Below are positions 10,582-19,453 of a stretch of DNA of 64,000 bases, one piece after another. The position numbers were made by a program, and so were the translations under genes. The notes under the pieces were generated by a model. That model did not search any database. It was not told the origin of the DNA and worked only from the letters and a program-made list of their open reading frames with translations. The stretch's first letter is position 1, and every line of letters begins with the position of its first letter. The stretch is taken from positions 1-64,000 of IMG/VR virus record IMGVR_UViG_3300009080_000001; one strand, 5' to 3'. The DNA is from a virus.

Positions 10582-11313
10582 TTACTTTCTCCTATTAGCG
10601 TCTCTCATTTGTTTTAATATTTTCATCTGCTCTCTAGGATCTATCTTCTGCATAGCTCTATCTGTAGCAGTATCTTCAGTAAGGTTAGCTTGATCTGCCT
10701 CGTTATCTTTAGCTATGATACTATTAACCTTATCTCTCATGGATTTAACATCGTCCATGTATCCCTTATCTTCTCTTATTCTTTTTCCAGTATCATGTCC
10801 AGCTTTCAATCTTTGTTTCTGCTCTGGAGTATACTCAGTACCTTCAATAATGCTATCTATACTTCCTTCAGCAGGACCAGACTCAGCAGCATCAGCCGCT
10901 TCAGATGCTAACATAAGAGGTCCACCAATAGCTAAACCAGCAGCTCTCTTTAACATACTACCACCAGCTTTAGATCCTAACTTCTTTAGTATATTCCTTT
11001 TTACTTCTTTAGTAGTATCTCCAGCATCTTCTATAGAAGGTAGCCATCTTGTAGTCTTACCTCTAGATAAAGCCTTATCCATTAACTCTTTACCTCTTAA
11101 TGCTTTATTCTTAGCTACATTATCTTGGAAATCAGCTTTAGATATTGTTTTACCAAACTTAGCCTCAGCAGCTTCTCTAGCTATATTATCATCAGCTTCT
11201 CTTCCTAATATATCACTAGAACCCATCATATCTGTTGCATCTGGATCAAGAGCTTCTGACATAGATATCTTTCTAAGTCGTTGCATCATGTCTTTCATAC
11301 TATCGTCTGCCAT
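10582..11313 (-). CDS. Late hypothetical protein (start revised to MADD)
   Basis: GGAGG RBS and late motif just upstream. Confidence 0.6.
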   Translation of the reverse strand: MADDSMKDMMQRLRKISMSEALDPDATDMMGSSDILGREADDNIAREAAEAKFGKTISKADFQDNVAKNKALRGKELMDKALSRGKTTRWLPSIEDAGDTTKEVKRNILKKLGSKAGGSMLKRAAGLAIGGPLMLASEAADAAESGPAEGSIDSIIEGTEYTPEQKQRLKAGHDTGKRIREDKGYMDDVKSMRDKVNSIIAKDNEADQANLTEDTATDRAMQKIDPREQMKILKQMRDANRRK

Positions 11314-11336
11314 CATCCCTCCACGGTAATGTACAT

Positions 11337-11351
11337 ATATAGTTGTTAAAT
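11337..11351 (-). promoter_or_regulatory. Late promoter-like motif, copy 4
   Basis: Exact 15-mer heading the packaging operon. Confidence 0.75.
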
Positions 11352-11451
11352 TTATATGATATTTGTACAGAAAAATGCTATATTTGAATAATATTAATAA
11401 GTTACATATTTGAATAGCTTTCAACTACCCTTATATAATAAGAAGTTAGTT

Positions 11452-11627
11452 AAAAACCATTAGACTTATCTTGAGTTCCTGTCTAAAGGCGATAGATTAT
11501 TAATCCCAATGTATCCTTGTAGTGTAGGCCTTCCGCTGGACTCTTCTGAGTGTCGAGTATCCAGTAAGCGACTTTCCTCACGCTTCCCTTCGGTCTTAAC
11601 CTATTTCACGGTCCTAGACTACAATTA
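11452..11627 (-). ncRNA. Candidate structured ncRNA or leader
   Basis: Follows TTGACA-17-TATATT; closing stem 11517-11528/11613-11624 encloses three hairpins. Confidence 0.5.
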
Positions 11628-11633
11628 CTATTA

Positions 11634-11706
11634 AATATACTGAATAATATTTTATTTGTCAAATACTATTTTAATCCTTGACAGTACTTGTACTAACTGT
11701 TATCTT
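11634..11706. promoter_or_regulatory. Divergent sigma70-type promoters
   Basis: Minus: TTGACA (11662-57)-17-TATATT. Plus: TTGACA (11678-83)-17-TATCTT with ATG at 11712 (likely leaderless). Confidence 0.7.
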
Positions 11707-11711
11707 AGAGT

Positions 11712-11915
11712 ATGGCTAGGAAAAAGAAGAAAAAAATAGTTGAGACTCTGGGTCACGTAGTTGTGGCTCAGATTCCCATGATAATAACATTTGACGAAGA
11801 TCATGTAGAATTTGTTGCAGATTATTTAGAATCGGCTATGAATAGATCCTACGAGATAATAGACATGTTTGGTGATCTAGGGGGAGATTTTGATCCATTT
11901 GACGACGAGGGGTGA
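11712..11915 (+). CDS. Hypothetical protein
   Basis: ORF directly after promoter. Confidence 0.55.
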   Translation: MARKKKKKIVETLGHVVVAQIPMIITFDEDHVEFVADYLESAMNRSYEIIDMFGDLGGDFDPFDDEG

Positions 11916-11983
11916 GAATTTAAGATGGTCCGATATTCAGACAGTACGACTTTAGAACTATATTTTATACCAAAGGAAAAGGT

Positions 11984-12433
11984 GTGACGGATAAACATAA
12001 CAGCTCTTCTTTAAATATAGATCACATTAAGCAAGTGACAGATAAACATAATGACTTCCTTATAGACATCAGAATGACTAGTTTCTACTATCCGGGCTAC
12101 GCTGCGTTCCCAGAAAGCTACGATTACGACTATCAAGAAGAGTTTTCAAAGGTTATTGAGGATTTTGCACTATTCTTTAGGGCAGATATGATGTATCTAA
12201 TGAATGGGAGGTATGAAAGATTTATAGCCGAAAAAGTGGACGAGGACTTCACAGACCTTATGTTAGATCCTAATTTATATCACGACCATTTCATAATTGT
12301 TAAGCCAAATAGACTAGCATATAAATTATTTAAAAAAGATATTCTTTACGTTTACGAAGAGGATGACCACTTTTTAGTGGCTAGTAGTCCGAACGCACAA
12401 CGTAAATTCAGGAAGTTAAGAGGTATAAAATGA
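11984..12433 (+). CDS. Protein with divergent TRLARK box
   Basis: VKPNRLAYKLFKKD near C-terminus. Confidence 0.55.
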   Translation: MTDKHNSSSLNIDHIKQVTDKHNDFLIDIRMTSFYYPGYAAFPESYDYDYQEEFSKVIEDFALFFRADMMYLMNGRYERFIAEKVDEDFTDLMLDPNLYHDHFIIVKPNRLAYKLFKKDILYVYEEDDHFLVASSPNAQRKFRKLRGIK

Positions 12434-12720
12434 AAGCAATAAAAGAATTATTCCTAATCTGCGACATAGAATCTGATGATAATTCAGTAGGTTGGAGACG
12501 TAGAAGAGATGCTATGGAGCAATGGGTAGAGAGGTATTTGTCTACGGTAGAGACTCAGCAAAGTGTATTAAATCCTAATGTTTTCGAATCAGAATTTATG
12601 GATTTTATTAAAGAGTCTATAGCAAAAAAGTTGGCTGAGGACTTGACAACCTCCACCAAATATGAGATAACTGATAAGAAGATAAAAGCTAAACTGGTGG
12701 TGTTAAATGGCAACAAGTAA
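12430..12720 (+). CDS. Hypothetical protein
   Basis: Overlapping start/stop coupling. Confidence 0.6.
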   Translation: MKAIKELFLICDIESDDNSVGWRRRRDAMEQWVERYLSTVETQQSVLNPNVFESEFMDFIKESIAKKLAEDLTTSTKYEITDKKIKAKLVVLNGNK

Positions 12721-12997
12721 TAGATATCCAATAGTTAGGCGTAATAATCTCAACGTAATGATAATTAGAACAGAAGGAAATGGTGACAATTTGGACTTTA
12801 TAAGCTTTGTAGAAACTGACGATGGTATTAAATATGAAGATACAAGTGGTCATAGAATGCCTTTAAAGGATATAATTATAGAATCTAATAGCGGAACTTT
12901 TGGCCTAGAGAGCGTTGTTAAAACTAGACTAGCAGAAAAAATGTGCAAGGTACTAGGGGAAACTGAGAACTATTATATTATTAAGGGAGAGCAGTAG
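12707..12997 (+). CDS. TRLARK-box protein
   Basis: VVKTRLAEKMCK at C-terminus. Confidence 0.7.
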   Translation: MATSNRYPIVRRNNLNVMIIRTEGNGDNLDFISFVETDDGIKYEDTSGHRMPLKDIIIESNSGTFGLESVVKTRLAEKMCKVLGETENYYIIKGEQ

Positions 12998-13203
12998 TGG
13001 GAATGGGAACTATAAGAGTACCTAGAGATGAAGAAATACCTATATACAAAACGGTAAATGATACTAGGCTCGCTCGTAAAATGTTCCCGGATTTTACTGA
13101 TAATAAAGATGGAACCTTAAGAATAATAACTGGTTACGGACCGGAGCCTGTTATAGTAGGTTCAGAAAAGGGATTTACATATATAGGAACGCCAAAAAAA
13201 TGA
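12997..13203 (+). CDS. TRLARK-box protein with capsid-like peptide
   Basis: VNDTRLARKMFPD followed by EPVIVGSEKGFTYIG. Confidence 0.75.
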   Translation: MGMGTIRVPRDEEIPIYKTVNDTRLARKMFPDFTDNKDGTLRIITGYGPEPVIVGSEKGFTYIGTPKK

Positions 13204-13469
13204 GAATACCACCAAGAGCTAAGAAATCACAAGAGATTATAGACCAAATGGTTAACTGGTTGAACTATTATATGGGAACTAGGCCCGAATTTAAGGACTT
13301 TATCAGAAATGATATCAAATACTTAGAAGAATACCTATCAGAAATTAGTGAAGAGCATAAAGTTCACAATATTAGATTTGCTACTAAGTTAAAGAGTCTT
13401 TGGAAGTGGGAATTAGAGGAAAAAGAAAGAGAAATCAAGCAATTAAAGGCGGAATTGGATGAAAAATAA
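13200..13469 (+). CDS. Hypothetical protein
   Basis: Coupled ORF. Confidence 0.6.
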   Translation: MRIPPRAKKSQEIIDQMVNWLNYYMGTRPEFKDFIRNDIKYLEEYLSEISEEHKVHNIRFATKLKSLWKWELEEKEREIKQLKAELDEK

Positions 13470-13950
13470 GAAAATAGGTCAGGGATTAGGGACACAGATC
13501 GATGAAAGGTCAGGAAACGCTAGAGCTTTGGCTATGTCGCAACAATTACAGCAAATGGGAAACCTTTCTGGTCAGACACAATTAGATGTTCTTTACCAAA
13601 AAAGAATGGCTGAGTATGAGAAACAAAAAATGGAATATGAAAATCAAAAAAGACAACATGAGATGGTAAAAGAAGAAGCACTTAGTAGATTAGACGAAGT
13701 ACTAGAAAATTCTGGAATACCACTAAAAGGATCTGATTATTTTAACATATATACCGATATATTCACAGAGGTAGACGCTATAAGATGTTTTGGTAAGAAT
13801 TATAATCCTAAAGAGGTTTTTAATGAAGTATTTACAAAGTATATGAATAATAACTACGATGAAATAACAGATACTAGGCTGGCAAGAAAGATGTATCCAG
13901 ACGCTAGGCCTAATAAAGACGGTAAGTTATACGTGAAAAAGGAAAAATAG
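13459..13950 (+). CDS. TRLARK-box protein with portal-like peptide
   Basis: RSGNARALAMSQQLQ near N-terminus; ITDTRLARKMYPD at C-terminus. Confidence 0.75.
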   Translation: MKNKKIGQGLGTQIDERSGNARALAMSQQLQQMGNLSGQTQLDVLYQKRMAEYEKQKMEYENQKRQHEMVKEEALSRLDEVLENSGIPLKGSDYFNIYTDIFTEVDAIRCFGKNYNPKEVFNEVFTKYMNNNYDEITDTRLARKMYPDARPNKDGKLYVKKEK

Positions 13951-14235
13951 TTGAAAAATAAGCGTAGAATAGAAATATACCCAACAAATAGAATGGCAGA
14001 ACACGTAATACGAGAATTCCACGATAAGAATGCGGAATTCGTATCATTCTTCGACCTTGGAATGAAAACACTATGTTACAAAGGCACATATATAGGATTC
14101 AGAGGTGAAACATACTCCAGAAGACTAGAAGGTTTACAGTTTGATGAGCTATATGTCCACCCAGATTGTAAATATAGGGGAGTTTATATCTCAAGAGCTA
14201 TTGACAACGGTGCAAAGATAGTGTATAAAATATAA
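13951..14235 (+). CDS. Truncated terminase-ATPase-like protein
   Basis: YPTNRMAEHVI ... LEGLQFDELYV ... GAKIVY parallels TerL motifs. Confidence 0.5.
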   Translation: MKNKRRIEIYPTNRMAEHVIREFHDKNAEFVSFFDLGMKTLCYKGTYIGFRGETYSRRLEGLQFDELYVHPDCKYRGVYISRAIDNGAKIVYKI

Positions 14236-14248
14236 AAGGAGTTAAATA

Positions 14249-15055
14249 ATGATAAAAAGAGATATAAATATGTTAGAGTATCTATGTAAAGTTAGCCCAA
14301 AAGAATTTACAAGAAAAACGAGAGAAAGCGGGCCTATAAGAACATATTTCTACAGAAAATGGATATATTCTCCGATGGGAGGTTTCGAAACATGGGACAC
14401 AATGGCAGAAGTTAATCTAGAAAAATATAAAGTTACATACTATAACGGATGGGGGAAGAGGTAAATATGAAAAAATTTAAAGTATTATGGGAAGAGAGAG
14501 TTGAGAAATCTGTGTGGATTGAAGCCTCCTCTGAAAAAGATGCTGTAGAAAAACACAATGAAGGCGAATATAGTAATGACTCAGTAAATGAAGAGTGGTT
14601 AGGATTCGACGACTCTTACGTTGTAGATAGCAAGGATATAGAATAATGTTCGACTATATGGTAAAAGTACTGCCGAACGGTAACTTATTAGTGCGTGACA
14701 GCCATTCTAAGACATCCGAGGCTATTAAGGCAAGTGAGATATCGGATTATTTCCAAAAGGCTTTAAAAGAGCAATTAGAGGCTGAGAAAGAGAATGACCA
14801 GAAACATAAGGATGTTCGAGAGGGAGCCTTTAAATTATGAAAAGAATAGAAAAAATGATGACATACAGGAATGATCCGTATTCTAATAATATAATAGAAG
14901 ACGATTATCAGTTAGTAGGTATAGATTATATAGTCTCTGCTTGGAATTGGGACCACTCTAAATCAAACGACGAATATTACTGTGTAAAATTAGCTCATTT
15001 TGGAAGTATTGTCCACATAAAGAAGGAAGACCTAGATAAAAAGGTAAAAAAATGA
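14249..15055 (+). CDS. Four small hypothetical ORFs (14249-14464, 14467-14646, 14646-14840, 14837-15055)
   Basis: Tightly coupled ORFs with RBSs. Confidence 0.55.
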
Positions 15056-15381
15056 ATAAAACATATACAAGAATGCAAAAACAAGTAGTTAACGACACTA
15101 GGTTAGCTAGGAAGATGTATCCAGACTTCACTGATAATGAGGATGGTACTATCACAATTGAGGTTGAAGTAATCTCAGACGGATTCGGGTCTGGTGGTAT
15201 ATTGACTGCTACAGACGTACAAGATGCAATAAATGATATGCTGACCAAAGGCTTTGCTGCGCCATCAGAAATCATAGTAAACCCTAAACAATACGCAGAG
15301 TTACAGAAGTTAATAGATCCAGATGACATGGATATTAAGGTTAGTAACTACTGTCCTGATGACAAGGTATATATAAAATAG
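15052..15381 (+). CDS. TRLARK-box protein with capsid-like fragment
   Basis: N-terminal VNDTRLARKMYPD; IVNPKQYAELQKLID. Confidence 0.75.
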   Translation: MNKTYTRMQKQVVNDTRLARKMYPDFTDNEDGTITIEVEVISDGFGSGGILTATDVQDAINDMLTKGFAAPSEIIVNPKQYAELQKLIDPDDMDIKVSNYCPDDKVYIK

Positions 15382-15884
15382 GAGAATAAGTAGTGGGAAT
15401 AGCTGTAGGTATATTGTTAATAGTTAATATGTTTTGGATAATGCCGACATTATATAGAATTGAGAAGTTATTGGAGAGAAAATGAAAGGACATTACGAAG
15501 ACGATACTGACGCAAAGAGATTATTATTAACTATATTCTGTGTAGCCGCTATTTCAGGGCTATTAAGCGCATTTATTTATTAGGTGTATTATGATTGAAA
15601 ATGTTATTAAAAATATTTGGATTACAACTAGGATATTAGCTGGAGCCTTGACAATACTGGCGGCTATTAATCTATCAAATCAAGATATAATAGGAACATT
15701 ACCATTTATAAGTATTATTATATGTGGATTCTTTACAATAGCTAAACAACATGATTAGGTGTATTAACATAAATATACCCATATCTGTTTTCTGACACTA
15801 CTTTGACCAATACAACTGACTTAGAACCACATACCCCCCTACCCCCTAAATATATTTTGTTTACATAGAATATACGCACCTATC

Positions 15885-15996
15885 TTGGCATGGATCTTGC
15901 AGTAGCAATCGGAGTGCCACTCTCCACTGTAAATAATATTTATTGTATCGGCTATAAGACTTGGCACGGTACTTGCAGATGCATACCATATGCCAA
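15885..15996. promoter_or_regulatory. Four sigma54 (-24/-12)-like motifs in two convergent pairs
   Basis: TGGCAY-N5-WTGCW at +15886, -15919, +15962, -15995. Confidence 0.65.
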
Positions 15997-16444
15997 CACA
16001 TAGTGCCAACTATATATGGCAGCTCAGAATGCTCTGTGTCTGCGTTTGTGGGTATAGTGCTTATGATTGTATAGGTTAATTTCGGAGGCTTTACAGAGGC
16101 TATTCTGTACGTGTGAGGAGTCAAGGTTATTTATTAGATAGTAACATTGTTTATTAGCGAATTATTATATTGGTAATATGCGGATAGTTAGCGTATACTA
16201 GTATTAGGAAATGACACAACGTATTACGGGAGTTATATATGTTAATAGAGTGGATAGTCGGAGTATTATATGCAGTACTGAGTATGTTTGGTAAGGTTGT
16301 TTATATGATTGAAACGTATGTAAGTAGTGATAATTTAAAGTAATTTATTAATTCATCTAGTTATAGGAGGTGATAAACAGTATCTATTTAATATTTAATA
16401 CATCAAATACAAGTCTTAATTCTAAGCGGTCTAATTTAACCTAG

Positions 16445-16770
16445 TTATAAAGCCCCGATCATGGGGCGATCTACTTCAATAAGTTAATACATTTAAAAGG
16501 TTTGAAACAAGGCATTACTAAACTTTACTAGTATATAAGGACACTAGCCGAAAAGTAATGCTAAATAGATTATGTTTATGCCGATACGATAGTATCACTT
16601 TCTCTATTTGGCTTTTGCTGTAAAGCAATTTAGTTTAGAGGTTGAAGCGTTCCGCTTGAGTCTTTTAACAATCGTTTCTCAAGTACTCGTTATCTTAATC
16701 TGATGTGTTCCGAGCCTAGTCGTCATTCTTTTCGCAAAGCCGTGACATTTTTTAACGGTCTTCATTCTCT
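16445..16770 (-). ncRNA. Candidate late structured ncRNA
   Basis: Late motif upstream, many helices, terminator-like hairpin at 3' end, no substantial ORF. Confidence 0.5.
16447..16467 (-). terminator. Terminator-like hairpin
   Basis: GCCCC-ATGATC-GGGGC followed by TTTAT. Confidence 0.5.
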
Positions 16771-16774
16771 TATT

Positions 16775-16789
16775 ATATAGTTGTTAAAT
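16775..16789 (-). promoter_or_regulatory. Late promoter-like motif, copy 5
   Basis: Exact 15-mer with no convincing CDS downstream. Confidence 0.7.
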
Positions 16790-17170
16790 ATATTGTACGT
16801 ATCTTTTCCGTAACAGGTATTTATTTTCATTATTTCAATGATTACGGTTACTTAGTCTTATTAAAATAGCTACAATAAAATTACATGATGCCTGACTATA
16901 CTCTCCAGTTAGATACAGATATAATCCTAAACCTACATTAAGTAAAAATATTATATATTCAAATTTTTTCATAAATAAAAATTCCTTTATTAAATAGTCC
17001 CCAGAAGTCATCACAAATCGGGGGACTAAATAAGTTTAGTTGATGCGGTAGGCTTTACGCATCTTTGTCCAGTTGCCTACTCTAATAATATATCAAAATT
17101 ATAGGATTCAATCAAGAGCTAAATTAGCAAGTGTAAATATTACAATCGGTAAAAATTACATACTTTCATG

Positions 17171-17349
17171 AGGAATATACGCAACTGCCATAGATAGTTG
17201 GCTGTTCAGATTAGCTCAGGATTCATTTAAAAGTTTTTTGAAGGTGGTTATACACAGAACATTTAAAGAGCTTAGAAGCATGATTCTGTTACGATTAAGC
17301 CTATGAATAGTATTTATTTAGGGATTTTTTACAAGGAATATACGCAACT
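17171..17349 (+). repeat. 16-bp direct repeat AGGAATATACGCAACT (17171-17186, 17334-17349)
   Basis: Exact match; partial third copy near 15868. Confidence 0.7.
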
Positions 17350-17510
17350 AAAGAAAAATTAAGTTGACTAAATAAAATTAGTTGTTGTCAAGCTTTTTCT
17401 TGGGATTGTAAATATTACCTATCTAATTTTTAGATCATAGCTATCTAATTATTATATTTGTGTTTATGACACGATATGTTATTCTAGTATTAGAAAAGGA
17501 GTTAACAAAA

Positions 17511-19440
17511 ATGAAAAAAACAAAACTTAATGGAGTATCACTAAATCTTATTAAAAATGCTATCAAAGATATTGAAAAGAATAACTATTATAACTATTCA
17601 TATTGGGGATATAGATTTAATAAGGTAAGTAATTTTATAACTCATAAACAACATATGGTTGAAATGATATTAAAAAACATTGAAAAAAGAAGGTTATTAA
17701 ATGGAAAATAAAAAAATGAAACAAATGATTAAAGACTTAAACGATATGATTATAAAGTATCATGGTATTAAAGAGCTTGAAAGCGAGCGTGACGATCTTT
17801 GTAATATCCGTTGGGTGTTAGAGAACAAAGTAAGAAAAGCAACGTATAATAGTGAAAAAAGGGAAATTGAATATTATGTGTAAAAATTACACACAGAGTA
17901 AAATAAATATTGAGATAAATTAAAAAGTGTAGTATAATAAATTAAGGAAATAATTAGTCAACGGAATGGCGCAACACAAAATGAGGTAAGAAATGAGCGC
18001 AAAAGGATTCACATTAAATACAACAAAAAAGCAAGGTGTTATAAGAGTATTAGATTTAGGCATGGGATTAAAAGCTGTAGATTATAGAGGTACTCAAGTC
18101 GTGCGAGAATTGAGCTATAAAGCGATTCAATTAAATACTAATGGTTGGTTAACAGTTACAAGTAAAAGGGCTATAAACCGATATTTCGACCTTAGAAGGC
18201 TACCTATGAGATTAGTACAAGAAAAATTCGTTTGGTATGTATATTTAAACGGTAAAAAATTACAGTATGATGATAATATGGTTATTGATTTAGGACTATG
18301 TGCCTAAATTTCCTATACAGTGTGTTAGACTCATGGAGGAGTCAATTTTAAACAAAAATTATTGAGGTGAAAAGATGAGTGATTTAGATATTGTTAAAAG
18401 AGAAAATGTTATTGAAAAATTAGCCCAAAAAAGGACTGATGATGTCGATACTCAAACATTAATGGAAATGTTTCAAGAAAATCAAATATGCTATTTAGAA
18501 AATATGTCAGATAATGAACTGTTAGAACATTTAGAAGATTATGAAGAGTTCGACCTTTTAAAGGAAATCAAGTAAAATTTACATATAGTATTGTTTTAAA
18601 GTAAAAATATGATAATATATAAATAGAAGTTGTTAACACAACGAAAGGAGTTAAGAAAATGATTTATTTAACGTATACAATTGGATTTTTAATGGTAGCA
18701 TTTACAGGGTATCTAATACTAAAATATAACGCTGAATTTAAGGCTGTAAAGGTTCGTACTAGAAAATATATAAGATATATGCGCAAAACAGATAGAAAGC
18801 GTTAGGATTGAAATATGGAGTTATTAGCGGTATTATTATGTATAGGGTTCATCATAGCATGGGTAAGATTAATTAATATAATGAGGTAAAAATGGATTAT
18901 AAAACTGTTTTTAGGTTAACTTTTGATGATTTTGAAAGTGTTTTAGGAAGAGATTTAACCGACGACGAAAAAGATACCGTACTAAACAAATTTAGTTTAG
19001 GAGATTGGTGGGAAGAGGTTGAGTGTTTTTTAGATATTCATAATATTAAAGGAGATAAATAAAATGGAACTGTGGAGTGACAAGAAACAAAAGAAAGGTG
19101 ATAGAATCTCACTAAACAAAAACGGTAAGACTTACATAGTAAAGTCATGTGAGCATACTGGAAAATATGACAATAGAGATCATTATAAACTTAAGGTAAG
19201 ACTTGAAAAAAAGGAAGTAATACAATGATTTTATGGTTTATAGGTGCAGTAGTAACGTCTGTAATAATTACACTAGGTCTAGCCTATGGCGGTTTTATAT
19301 GGTATAATAAAAAGTTAGAAGCTCAAGCTAAAGAAGCTACTGAGGAATTAACAAGAATATTACAAGAACAATTAAGTCAAGAAGAAAACGACTATGTGAA
19401 TAAATTACATAGCGGTAACAGTAAAGGATTTTTACAATAG
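17511..19440 (+). CDS. Cluster of small early hypothetical ORFs (incl. 17701-17883, 17993-18307, 18375-18575, 19225-19440)
   Basis: Short ORFs with strong RBSs. Confidence 0.55.
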
Positions 19441-19453
19441 GAGGAATTTAAGT

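Noticed and set aside
10690-11329. Plus-strand ORFs 10690/10715 and other antisense ORFs in the track (e.g. 3426, 8337, 34802, 56717, 57875)
   Set aside because: Shadow frames of genes on the opposite strand, with atypical composition.
11560-11585. RNase P RNA (GAGGAAAGTC on minus strand)
   Set aside because: Element is too short and lacks the matching 3' conserved region.
11984-12997. Further portal mimicry (MNGRY, MLDPNL, EDT..MP)
   Set aside because: Matches are only 4-6 residues and could be chance.
15861-16124. 87-aa minus-strand ORF
   Set aside because: TTG start without a clear RBS; overlaps the motif cluster; likely spurious.
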